From the human T2T-CHM13v2.0 reference genome, Homo sapiens: a stretch of DNA of 64,000 bases. How positions within the stretch are numbered: the first letter of the stretch is position 1; each line of letters opens with the position of its first letter. A program made the translations under genes and the position numbers. Where the stretch lies: the NCBI RefSeq assembly GCF_009914755.1, contig NC_060926.1. One strand, written 5' to 3'. Below, piece by piece: positions 48,651 through 64,000 of this stretch. The notes under the pieces were generated by a model. That model had not been told where the DNA came from, did no database searches, and worked only from the letters and a program-made list of their open reading frames with translations.

Positions 48651-50249
48651 CATAGGTGTAATATAAAGTTGTATCAAGAACCATAAAACTAAAAAAACAA
48701 ACAAAAGTAAAACCAGAACATGAAATTAACACTTCTTAAATGTAACTTTTAGTAAACTCCATACTTTCAATCTAAGAAAACTCAAACCCGTATTTTAAAG
48801 AACATGTCCTCAAGTAAAAATGCTTACATGACAATCACTGAAGATTAATCTTCCAGTTGAAAAATCTAAAAAAAAACCTCCAAAGCAAAGTTTTATTAAC
48901 ATAATATATAAAGAGATATGAATGTGAAACCACAAAATTCATAGCACATCAAAAAATAGCCTTATGAATGATCACTTATCCATGAAGACACTAATGAAAA
49001 GTGAATCACATGGTGGTTTGTTCAATTTTAGAATATGTCAGCAGAGTCAAAGTTAAAGCATATGCTATGTGAGCTGAAGTATGACACATTTTACAGTTAA
49101 ATATTGAAATAGGCAGCCTCACCCAACACTATTTATAAAACATTCTGTTCTTATTAAATATTACACAGAATAAGCAAACTCAGAAAAACAAAAAATGAAA
49201 AACCATCCATCAAAAGCCAAAAGCGCATGCCATGCAGTTCCCATGGAGTGTCCTATGAAATCACACTAGTTTGGATTTGAGCCTCCAATTTAGCAATGTT
49301 TTCTAAATATAACAAAATAAAAAGGAAATCTATTTCCTAAATATTAGCTGGATTTTTCACTTAGAATTTATTATAGCTATCAACAAGAATATCTTTATTT
49401 CCAAAGCAGTTTTACCTACCCTTAGAATATTTATTATGTGTATATGGAGCAAGGGGAAGGGAAAGAGAGCAGGGGAAGGACAAGACAAGGGTAGAGAAAA
49501 GAAATAAGGCAGCAAGACTCCTTGTTAAAAAATAAACTCTAACCTGTGTGCTAGCAAAAAGATGTTCTGGAAGGACAATATTCATGTAGAAAGATGAGAT
49601 GTTCCCTGAATTTCCCCTTTCTCGTGAGGTTTTCTCATTTTGATTCCTACTGCCATTAAGTTGAAGAGTTCCCTTTTAAAGCTCATCTTTATTAAAATGT
49701 TGGTGAGCTCTGTGTAAAGAAGATAGTCCCATTACAAACAGTGGAGCAGTCGACTTTCCAGAGTCCCTCCATTTAGCTTTATGTTCAATCATAATCAGAT
49801 CCAACACACCTCTCATGTCAACAACTTTTCCGGTCACCTGGGAGATTTCCATAGTTCCATATTCACTTTCTACCCCTAGATCCTCTGGGTTTATATTCTA
49901 TAGCCTCTAGCAATAGGCTAGTGCTAACTGGGCCATCAGGACAGGTCCTATAACATGTAATAGAGTATAGCTTCCCTTGAGGGAGAGAAACAAAATACCT
50001 CAAACAACATATTCCAAATTTTCAGTTTTGGAAGCTAACTCTACAGATGGGAAAGGAAGCTATTCTAGACAGGTTAACCTTCCTTTCTCACTTTAAGTCC
50101 AACTAGTCCAGCTACTCTTCCTCATCTAGAAATTATTTGTAGTTTGATACAAACCTTGAATTATTTTGGATTTTGTTTTAATTTTAAAACTCTTCCATTA
50201 TAGACTGAAGCAGGAATCACTATATGGTTATTTAAAAGATAAAAAGATT

Positions 50250-51844
<1,595 letters not shown>

Positions 51845-52425
51845 TCATTCTTTTATTTAACAAATAATTTACTGAATACCTACCATATACCAGGCACTAA
51901 ACTGAGTTTGGGAGTTACAACAGTGAACAAGATGAATAAAATCCCTGCCTTAATGGAACACTCTTTCTAGTTAAGGGGGCAGTAAATAAACAAGGGAGTA
52001 ATAATTAACTGGAGTCAGTGATGAAGACACTAAAAGAGAATGCATAAAGAGATCAGTGGATACTTCAGACAGGGTGGGCACAATAAGTCACATATGTAAT
52101 GTCTTCATGTTTTTCTACACTGGGGGATATAGCACATAGTGTTTCGCAAATGTATGTGATTAGGAAACCTTTTGTCAATAAACATGTTTTTAATAGTTCA
52201 CTGAATCAGTTTTCTACCCAAAACACAGACAACAGCAAGATCAAGATTCAAAGATAGCTCTTCTCTTCCTAAATCCAGTCTTTTTAAAGTTTCCTCACCT
52301 GTAAAAGTGGGAATAATAATAGTACATGTCTCAGAATCACAGTGAAGATCCAATTATCTGCTTCATGTAAAACACCCACACAAGGCTTAGTATACACTCT
52401 GCTTAATAAATGTTATTGTTACTGT
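51845..52425. mobile_element. L2 3' end (-) followed by MIR (+)
   Basis: AACAAATAATTTACTGAATACCTACCATATACCAGGCAC; AGTTTCCTCACCTGTAAAAGTGGGAATAATAATAGTAC. Confidence 0.7.
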
Positions 52426-52779
52426 TAATACAGCACTCTGCACATGAAGTCTTCTGTCATTCAAGGGTGACTAATTATTCTCCCTTTTAAAATCTCAAAC
52501 TTGTAAAATCACCTTTTTTACTCCTCCACGTAGACGATTTCTTGAGGAAAGCGGCTAGAATGGAGATTGCGTATAGCTGAGCCTCAATAAATGCTTCCTC
52601 TGTAGTTGTACAGAATATCCAAAGTAGGTTAAATGCAGGTGCAGGGGAAAAAAGAAACTTAATATAAAAAAGCAATCACTCCTCTAGGAAACCCAAGCTA
52701 CATTAAACCAAAGCTTCCATGAAACGTGTAAAATACTTTTCGCATATTCAAAGTACTTTCATAAATTAACATTACTAGT

Positions 52780-54380
52780 AATGTGTCATATTATTCCTGG
52801 TAAGATGCACTAAGATACCATGGCACTTCTGTGGTATTCCTGCCAGAAACACAAACCCTGAACCTTATCAGGAAGAAACATCAGACAAACCCAAATCGAA
52901 GGATATTATACAAAATCAATGACCTGAACTCTTAAAAAAGTTAAAATCATAAAAGACTAAAAAACTGTTCCAAATTAAAGGAAGCCAAAGAGACATAACA
53001 ACTAAATATAACAAGTGATCTTGGATTCATCACGGACCAAAATCTTTTTTTCTGTTGCTATAAAAGACATTCACGAAAAAATTGAATGAGGGCTGTAGAC
53101 CAAATAATACTATTCTATCCATGTTAACTTCCTGATAAGATTATGATCATCATATGGTAGTCAGAATTTTATTGCTTTTAGGAGTTCACACTGAAGTAGA
53201 AGTAAAGGAGCGTGATGTCTACCACTTAATCTCAAAAGGATTAAAAAAAATACAAAGAAGGAAATTAAATGACAAACCTGGCAAAAGAAGAAAATCTGGG
53301 TGAAAAGTATATAAGGAACCCTTTGTACTGTTATTGACTACTTCCATAAGTCTGAAATTATTTCAAAACAAAACGTCTAAATACAAAAGTAATGAGGAAA
53401 AAGGAAAGATGGAAAATAATCATATGAATAGATGCTCAACATCATTGGCAATTAGGAAAATGCAAATAAAAACCACAGTGAGATCCTACTAAACCTCCAT
53501 TAGAATTACTAAGATGTAAGGGAGAAAAAGAAAAAGCTGGCAATAGCAAATGTTGGCAAGGATATGGGGCAACTAAAAGTCTCAAACATTACTGAACGAA
53601 ATGCAAACCAGTAGAAAAAAACTTCCAACTTGTTTCCCAAAGTTAAACATATATTTACCATATGTCATACCAATCCTAAGTATTAACCCAAGAGAAATAA
53701 AAACTTATATTGATACAAAACCTGTCTGCAAATGTTTATAGGAGATTTAGTCGTAACCACTAAACAGTGAAAACAACTCAAATATCCAACTGATAAATGG
53801 ATAAACTGTATCACATCTATTTAATCACATCTATTTAATAGAATACGATTCAGCTAACAAAAAGAAATGGATTATTGATACATGCAACAATATGGATGAA
53901 TCTCAAAAGTATCATGACAGCTAAAGGAAGCCAGTCTCAAAGGCTATATGGTGTATATTAATTCATATATATGAACAGATCAGTCACTGTCAGGGGTGGA
54001 GCTGGGGAGAGGGAAGAAAATATTGATTAAAAATTGGCAGCATGATGGAATTTTGAGGAGTGATGGAATGGTTCTATATCTTGATTGTTGTCATTACAGA
54101 ATTTTATGAATACATCAAAACTCACAGAACTGTTATATTAAAAAGAATGAATTTTACTAAAGTACATAAATTTAAGTAATATTTTTAAGTCCACAAGGAA
54201 AAAAAGTACTTTCACAGACAACTCATTTCATTCTCAGACCAATAACAAAGACTAGATAGGTACTATTACTCTCATTTTATAAGTGAGGATACTGAAACAT
54301 ATAGTAAATAAATAAATATACAAATTACATGTGGCAGGACCAAAACTATAGTCCAGATGCACTGATTCTATTCCAAACGC
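52780..54380 (+). mobile_element. L1MC/ME 3' fragments followed by MIR
   Basis: CATCAGACAAACCCAAAT; GATGCTCAACATCATT...GGAAAATGCAAAT; ATGGATGAATCTCAAAA. Confidence 0.7.
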
Positions 54381-55014
54381 TTCATTGACTCAATTTTCTC
54401 ATGTTCCACTAAACTTTATGGGACACAATGTCCCTGAAGACAAATAGAATCGAATAGAAAAAAGGAGGAAAAGAAGAAAAAAGACAGTTATTGGAAGAAA
54501 GCCATTTAGAATTTGGCTGTCGTCCTTAAGGAATTAAAAAACAGTCTGTAACAGAAGAGGTCTGAATTAAAAAACAGATCCATACAGGCAACACATTAAC
54601 TGGCATTAAAGTATTAGCTGGTGATTTCTTCCATAAAAGCTTCTTAATTTTTTAATGTTAAGAAAAGGCAAAAGCAAACATAAAGCATTCACAGGTAACC
54701 TTGCAACTACTGCTACAATTTAAGTGATACCTGGTCTTCAGAACTACAGTGAGAACAATGATGGTGCCTACAATTCGAAACAGATTTTGCAACTTTAAAT
54801 AAACAAAGTCCCAGAAGCTACCACCCAAGAATAGAAAACAAGAGCAAAACCTTTAAAAATATCTTTTCAGTTTCAAAAATCAAGGAAGTAGTGGTATGAT
54901 AGTTGCCAAAAGAACATACTATAAGCACAACAGCTGAAGGAAAAATTAAGCTTAGTTTAACAAAAAAATAATAATGATGAAAAATTGCATCTGCACCACA
55001 AATAGCATACTTAC

Positions 55015-55173
55015 CTAAAAACAATGGTGTCGTTTCTTCTAAAGTAGTTGCATTAGGATCTGCCCCAGCTTCTAAAAGAATCTGTACGATTTTCCAATGT
55101 CCTTGACTTGCAGCGAGATGCAAAGCACAGAAACCTTCAAAGGTCTTCATCTTAATGTAGTTTTCAGATGAAT
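55015..55173 (-). CDS. ASB3: ASB3 coding exon, 159 nt, phase 1-1 (DSSENYIK...ETTPLFL)
   Basis: Acceptor ttccacag|AT, donor TTAG|gtaagt; ankyrin motif [25 protein letters not shown]. Confidence 0.96.
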
Positions 55174-56478
55174 CTGTGGAAGAATCAAAGCCCATCAACT
55201 AGAAGGTATTACTTCTATTTCCTGGTTTTAAAAAGCAAAGATTCCAAGAGGAATTTAATGAACTATTAAAATGTAAGTAATGTATAAATGACAGGTTTCA
55301 CCATTTAAAACTATAGAAAATCAAGAAAAAGTTCTACAGAGATCCCACTGTGAACAGCTCTTTGGTATTCTTAATACACAAATCCTGTCCACTAGCTCCC
55401 ATTTTCTCTTCTCTAATTTTTGGTGAATAAGGGAAGAGGAGTGGCAGAAATTGAAAGGTAACAAAAGCAATAGTCTGAGGAGGATGCAGCACTAAATATT
55501 TGCTTAAACAGAATTTATCGAAATATTCATCAATTTTATTTTTTTATTTTTAAATTTCTATAAGGGAAATGGTCTGATCTCTTACCATTACTTCCTTGTA
55601 GTCAACTAATACCATGAGGCAGTTTTAAATACTCCTTTTCTAACTTAAGACTATGGTTTAATTGTTAATGAAAACTGCAGTTCTAAAAGAATAAAATGCA
55701 CTCTAACACAACCAGTGACATATAATAAGGAATTTATGAGTTAAAGTTTCCGAAATGTATTTGTCATGAAAACGTCAAGGTTCTGGTAACACTCAAATTA
55801 TACAAATGATATTTACACAATAAAATTCTATGCCCATTATAGAAAGATGGGCTCTAAAGTGAAGGGTGAAGACATTTCTGAGAGCTGGAATAAACTAAAC
55901 AGAAAATGAAAAAAAAAACTTAAACATTTTCTTGAAGTGTCAGAATTGAAACAAATGCTCCTAACTAGTTATCTATTTTAAGTAATTCTTGTCATTGTAA
56001 CTCACTGATGAAACAAGTAGATTAAGCCATGATATCCCAGTAACAGCTTCTAAGTACATATATTCAAAGAAAACAGTCTCAAACTTCACAGATGCACAAC
56101 TAAAGGGCAAGATAGAGTAGTCATATTTTAAAAGGACATATCACAGAAATAGGGTTTCAGAGATTAGTCAGAAGTTGACTCTTATTCAAAGTAGTTTATT
56201 GAGATTAGTCGGAGATTAGTCAGACATGACCCTTATTTCATGTATTAACCTGACAGTTTTGTGAATACAAATGACATGAAAACCTAGGAACACAAAGACA
56301 TATATAGATAATAGACATCAGTAGATTGGCTCCTAAATGGAAAATTTCAATATTATAAAGATGCTGATTCTTCCCAAAATAATTAATAAACTTAATACAC
56401 TTCTAATAAAAATGCCAGTAGAGCTATTTGCTTGTTTTATACTTGATAAAGTAACTCAAGTTGATAAGTCTAGGGTAG

Positions 56479-56900
56479 TGATGCAGGATTTTTTGCTCCT
56501 TAGTTCAGCTAAAATCCGGGTTCTTGTGTCACCACCAGGACAAATTAGGCATGTGGACACATTGAAAGGTGAGGAGAGCAGAATTTATTAAAGGAAAGCT
56601 CCCAGCTAAAAAAGGGGGTCCTGCCAACAGGTTCCCACCCCACAGATTGAATACCAGACCACCACACATGAGCTGAAGAGGCCAGGCTCCTCCCCACTGC
56701 ATAAGGTGAGAATTCCCAGTGGCTTCACCCCATTCTTCCAGTGCACAGGCAGCCCCTTATTCTGAGCCACTCCACATTGATTTATTTCCCTTTCTGTGCA
56801 CGTGTTAAGGCACGGAATTTTTCGCCCCCATGGGCATGTTTAGGCAAGCCCCCTGTGCACAATGACCTGGGCAGCATTTGGCTGTCTCCTCTCTCTATCA
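56479..56900 (-). mobile_element. ERV1 solo LTR, MER83-like
   Basis: TG...CA ends, perfect 4-bp TSD GTAG, minus-strand AATAAA; family name from recall. Confidence 0.75.
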
Positions 56901-57214
56901 GTAGGGCAGGTAAGAGTAACAAATAATTTAGAAAAATGAACAACACAAGCATTGAAGCGTGCCTAGACTTACTATATATTAAACCATGTCTTAAAGTTAG
57001 AAAAAGTGAAGTAATGTGCTCCTGGTACAAATGCAGAAAGGAAGGTACCCATCAGGGAAAGGAATCAACAGAAGCAGTAAGAGACTAAGAAAGATGGTCA
57101 CTAAAAGGTCAGAGACCTAGACCGATGTTACATTACAGAAGCCAAGGAACTTTCTCTTGTAAAGTAGAAAAGATGTTCTCCTCCACTTAAAAAGAAAAAA
57201 AAGACATAAAGTTT

Positions 57215-58620
<1,406 letters not shown>

Positions 58621-60101
58621 CTCATCTTGGGAAAAGGAAATAAAATCTCCTGTGTGATTATATATGAAGTAAAGAAAATAAAAGGCACTTCTCACACAGG
58701 TGAGAAATACTGAAGTCAATTTACTACTAACTTGAGATCTTGAAATATTTTACCTATAGAAAAAAATATATTAAGCTAACTTTAAAATCACTGGACCAGG
58801 AAGATAACATTTGAAGTTGGATTGAGGCTGCAACTTTGACTCTGCTAGAAATAATATGGGTTATACTTCGGGCCAATTACTTAAACCTCTCTGAGGCTCA
58901 GGTTCCATAACAGTGAAACGAGGATAAATTAGCTGGACCAACTCTCAATAGGGTTCAATAGAATTAGGTATATAGTCTGAATTTTTGTAAAATACAAATG
59001 CAGATAGATATGCAATTTAAGTACTGTCAAAGTTGTTACACATTTGGTAAAGTCTCCAAAGTATCATTTTAAGAAAATTTTCACCACCCACTATAAATTA
59101 GTTTTGAAAGTTCCAAAGATAAACTGCTTTCCTTAAACTGATACATGAGTTTTAGCAAAGGGATCTTATCTACCTTGTACTGGACCATCAACCACCACCT
59201 TCTCACTCTCTTCCCTTCTCTACAGGGGTGCTTCTTGAAAAAGAAATGGCTCATCCTATTCACTGTTTTTAATGCTTTAATCTCTCCTTACCCTCAAAGG
59301 AAGGCAAAGTGGCTTCTCCTTCTCAACTTATTGAAACTTTAAATGGTGTGGGTATTAAAGACATTCTTAATGGACAAACACAATGAGCACTTCAGGTCTT
59401 TCACAACTTGTGAGTTATTTCCTGGGAATACTTGGAGAATTAGAGCCACCTCAGCTGAACCAATGCCAGCCACTGACGCCTGTGTAGCAATGACAAGAGT
59501 TGGCCCAAACACTGCCAATGGAACCACACCCTATGTTTACTGACACAAAGTGTCTTTTTACTTATGAATAATAAACTTGTCTATTACTTCTTATAAAAGT
59601 GGTAGTAATGGGTGATAGACCGTTCTTTTTGTTTTCTGCAAACTCTAACAGGGAAAGTCAAACCACAAGGTTTTCAGTAGAGGAGATAGGTTAAGTATTA
59701 AGACCAGAATATTTCTCAACAGCTGAGCCAGAATTTGATGACAAATTTACTATGTGCCAATCACAAGTGTAATAAATGTCAAGATTATATCGCCACACCA
59801 TTTACACAATTTATATCATCTTACTATGTTTTATTTAGGTATTATAAGAAAAGGTTATATATAAAATAATTTCCACAATGCAAGGAATTGTATTATGTGC
59901 AAACTTCTCAGACAACCCTCAGCAGAGACTTCATAATGCACACAAGGTGCATGGAAGAAGTCAGTGAAGAGGAAGAGGTTGAAAGGCATTACAAAGAAAG
60001 TAGACACTGTTAAGAAAAGTGACGAGAAAATACCCGAAACACATATAACACCGAAGGATTAATATCCAGAATACATAAAGAGCTCTTTAAAGATAAGGCA
60101 A

Positions 60102-60432
<331 letters not shown>

Positions 60433-60669
60433 AAGGTAAGTCTAGAACTTCCAAAGGGAAATCCTGCCTGTCTAACGACATCATTCTAATAGTAGAATCC
60501 AGCAGTCTCTGAAGAGACCCATCACTCAGATTTACATTTACTTGAGCTACTATATTCCCTTTCTTTGCTTAAGCTAGTTTGAACTAGGTTTCTTTCACTC
60601 AGTACTGAAAGAATCCTGATTAACATAGCATACAATTTAGCAGTATCTATAAATATTTTAACTTGGCAT

Positions 60670-60871
60670 GGTGATGGTTAATTTTACATGTCAACTTGAC
60701 TGGGTTAAGGGATGCCCAGATAGCTGCTAAAACATTTCTGGGTATATCCATGAAGATGTTTCAGGAAGACATTACCATCTGAATCAGCAGACTGAATAAA
60801 CAAGACTTGCCCTCACCAATGTGGGCAGGCATCATGTAATCCTTCAAGGACCTAAAAGAAAAAAAAGGCAG
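60670..60871 (+). mobile_element. MLT2 LTR 5' part (ERVL), interrupted by HERV-W
   Basis: GTGATGGTTAATTTTACATGTCAACTTGACTGGGTTAAGGGATGCCCAGATAGCTG. Confidence 0.85.
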
Positions 60872-61332
60872 GGAACCCCCTTTGGGTCCCCTCCCATTGT
60901 ATGGGAGCTCTGTTTTCACTCTATTAAATCTTGCAACTGCACACTCTCTGGTCCGTGTTTGTTCCAGTTCAAACTGAGCTTTCACTCACCGTCCACCACT
61001 GCTGATCACCGTCGTCGCAGACCCGCTGTTGACTTCTACCCCTCCGATCTGGCAGGGTGTCCACTGCACTTCTGATCCAGCGAGGCGGCGCCCATTGCCA
61101 CTCCCAGTCGGGCTAGAGGCTCACCATTGTTCCTGCACAGGCTAAGTGCCTGGGGTTCATCCTAATCGAGCTGAACAGAGCTGTAACACTCACCGCATGA
61201 CCCAAGATTCCATTCCTTGGAATCCGTGAGGTCAAGAACCCGAGGTCAGAGAACAAGAGGCTTGCCACCATCTTGGAAGCAGCCTACCACCATCTTAGGA
61301 GCTCTAAGAACAAGGACCCCCCAGTAACATTT

Positions 61333-61350
61333 TGGTGACCACAAAGGGAC
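61333..61350 (+). promoter_or_regulatory. Retroviral primer-binding site (best match tRNA-Arg)
   Basis: TGGTGACCACAAAGGGAC starting 3 nt after the LTR end. Confidence 0.85.
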
Positions 61351-63059
61351 CTCAAAAGCGGTGAGTAATATTGGACCACTTTCACTTGCTATTCTGTCCT
61401 ATCCTTCCTTAGAATTGGAGGAAAATACCGGGCACCTGTCAGCCAGTTAAAAATAATTAGTGTGGCTGCCAGACTTAAGACTCAGGTGTGAGGCTATCTG
61501 GGAAAGGGCTTTCTAACAACGTCCAACCCTTCTGGGTTGGGAGCGTTGGTCTGCCTGGAACCAGCTTCTGCTTTCAATTTTCCTGGGGAGGCCGAGGGCC
61601 GACTAGAGGCAGAAAGCTGTCGTCCCGAACTCCCGGCGTTAGCTGGTTGAGATCATGGCGCAGCCGAAGTCTCTACTCAACAGTCGCCCGTGCATGCACC
61701 CCTACCTTTCCTTCTGACCCATACCTCCTGGGTCCCGACCATGACTTTCTTGAAAGTGTAGCCCAAAATTCTCCTTACTTCTGAATCTACTTCCTCCGAT
61801 CCCTGCCTCCTAGGTACTAATGGTTCAGACTTCATTTCCTCTCCCAAGTATTAGAGCAAGTTGTATCTCCAAAGGGATCTAAGGAAGTTCTATGCTGTGT
61901 CCTTAGGTACCTAGGCTATGAACCCAGGGAATCTTGTCCCTGGTGTCCCAGTTTAGATATACAGCTCTCAACATGGGCAGTTATGTGGGACCCATTCCCC
62001 ACCACCCTTGCCAGGGCCCCAAGTTTGTAAATGGCTAGGAGGATTGCTCTCCCATCATGTAAGATGCTCTCCTCCCCTGATTTTTACCCAGCTTATCCCT
62101 CTGCAATACAATCTCCAAGCCTTGGCTCCTTGGCCAGGGCCTTGAAACTCATGACCCAGTACTTTAACAACTGGAACTGGGTCTATGACAACATAATAGA
62201 TCAGGATGAAAGCGAATTAAGTAACTCAAGGAGAGAAGAGACAGAGAGAGAGAGAAAAGAGAGGGAGAGAGAGAAAAAGAGAGATAGAAGTAGTAAAGAA
62301 AAAACAGTGCACCCTATTCCTTTAAAAGCCAGGGTAAATTTAAAACCTATAATTGATAACTGAAGGTCTTCTCTGTGACCCTATAACACTCCAATACTAC
62401 CTTGTTGTCAGTGTAAACAAGGGCGTAGCCTGAAAACACTGAGACCACTGACAACACATAGCCTTCCTATCAAAAATCCTTAACCCAGTAACCCACGGAA
62501 AAAGGCACATGGGATAAACAGGATCCATCTCTCAAATTTCATACCGGCAAGGACTTAATCCGGGGCAACAAAAAGTTTAAGATTGATAATTAGGGCGTAT
62601 TCCTACAAGGGAAAAGGACAAAGGCCCTAGTGGGCAAAAACTCTACCTCAATCCTAACTCAAAAGGTTACCTACACCCTCTCTGAAAAGAATTTGCATAA
62701 GAACTGTTGTTTATGGGAACGCATCTTGATGGGGCAGCTGGGTTGTTATAAAATACTCAGGAACCCAGCCCAGCTCTAGAACTCACCCTTGAGCGCAAAG
62801 GCAATATTGGGCATGCTGGTAAAGGACCACTAGAATCCAGCAGCCCGGACCCCTTTCTTTGTGGTCAAGAAAGGTGGGAAAAGGGGTGCAGGACTGCTAC
62901 ATTGGTGAGTGTAACTAATCCGATAAGCAGAGGTCCATGGGTAGTTGTACACCCTGGAAAGGAATAAGCACTAGGACCACAGAGGACGCTCTAGTCCTCT
63001 GGGATAATGCTCATTGGAAAATGACTAGAGGTGCTGGCATCCCTATGTTCTTTTTTCAG

Positions 63060-64000
63060 ATGGGACATGTTCCCCACAAGGCAAAAACGCCCCTAAGATA
63101 TATTCTGGAGAATTCGGCCCAGAGTGTATGTACCTTTTTCCCTGTCAGACTTGAAGCAAATTAAAATAGACCTAGGTAAATTATCAGATAACCCTGATGG
63201 CTATATTGATGTTTTACAAGGGTTAGAACAATGCTTTTATCGGACATAGACAGATATAATGTTGCTGCTAGATCAGACGCTAACCACAAAAGAGAGAAGT
63301 GCCACCATAACTGCAGCCAGAGAGTTTGGCAATCTCTGGTATCTCAGTCAGGTCAATGATAGGATGACAACAGAAGAAAGAGAACAATTCTCCACAGGCC
63401 AGGAGGCAGTTCCCAGTGTAGACCCTCACTGGGACGCAAAATCAGAACATGGAGATTGGTGCCGCAGACATTTGCTAACTTGCGTGCAAGAAGGCTAAGG
63501 AAAACTAGGAGGAAGACTATGAATTATTCAATGATGTCCACTATAACACAGGAAAAGGAAGAAAAATCCTACCGCCTTTCTGGAGACACTAAGGGAGGCT
63601 TTGAGAAAGCATACCTCTCTGTCGCATGACTCTATTGAGGGCCAACTAATCTTAAAGGATAAGTTTATCACTCAGTCAGCTGCAGACATTAGAACAAAAC
63701 TTCAAAAGTCCGCCTTAGGCCCGGAGCAAAACTTAGAAACCCTACTGAACTTGGCAACCTCAGTTTTTTATAATAAAGATCAGGAGGAGCAGTCAGAACG
63801 GGATAAACGGGATAAGAAAAAGGCCACCACTTTAGTCATGGTCTTCAGGCAAATGGACTTTGAAGGCTCTGGAACAGGGAAAGGCTGGGCAAATCGAATG
63901 CCTAACAGGGATTGCTTCCAGTATGGTTTACAAGGACACTTTAAAAAAGATTGTCCGAATAGAAATAAGCCTCCCCCTCGTCCATGCCCCTTATGTCAAG
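63060..64000 (+). pseudogene. HERV-W gag pseudogene (matrix deletion, frameshifts, mutated zinc knuckle)
   Basis: ATG at 63060; capsid segments in shifting frames; knuckle reads CFQYGLQGHFKKDC (63913-63954), second Cys replaced by Tyr. Confidence 0.88.

Larger units (their letters stand above)
60872..64000 (+). mobile_element. HERV-W (LTR17/HERV17) element, processed-pseudogene form: R-U5 (60872-61329), PBS, long leader with AG-rich tract, decayed gag; continues past window; antisense to ASB3
   Basis: CCCCCTTTGGGTCCCCTCCC...CTCTATTAAATCTTGCAACTGC LTR17 R region; U5 end CCAGTAACA; PBS; donor GCG|GTGAGT; gag peptides KAKTPLR.ILEN, SDLKQIKIDLG.LSDNPDGYIDVLQGL, AVPSVDPHWD. Confidence 0.93.

Noticed and set aside
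59339-59527. Hydrophobic minus-strand ORF resembling a retroviral Env fusion peptide (VPLAVFGPTLVIATQASVAGIGSA)
   Set aside because: No furin site upstream (stops instead) and no LQNRRGLDLL/CX6CC motif downstream; no LTR context
62031-62363. 110-aa ORF in the HERV-W leader
   Set aside because: Runs through the AG-rich simple repeat; no support for translation from sequence alone

Overview
Catarrhine primate (human or great ape) genomic DNA, AT-rich and repeat-dense. The only protein-coding content is six internal exons of ASB3 (ankyrin repeat and SOCS box 3) on the minus strand: 55173-55015, 33807-33695, 33084-32949, 20981-20804, 18819-18622 and 4771-4514. They splice GT-AG into one open frame. 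The start exon(s) and the SOCS-box exons lie outside the window. The introns hold about 35 Alu/FLAM elements, a ~8 kb 5'-truncated L1PA15/16-like element with nested insertions, several solo LTRs (MER41B, MER4, LTR32-like, MER9, MER83-like), MaLR elements, DNA-transposon relics, and the 5' 3.1 kb of a HERV-W element that starts in the R region (processed-pseudogene form). The most notable oddities are a U5 snRNA loop-1 fragment captured inside the L1, candidate poison/terminal exons of ASB3, a stop-free in-frame two-exon circle flanked by inverted Alus, a non-matching segment in the HERV-W leader, and several locally templated duplications. Repeat family names and reference comparisons come from recalled consensus sequences, not database searches, and repeat boundaries are approximate. 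I see no clear evidence of a wholly new multi-gene system.
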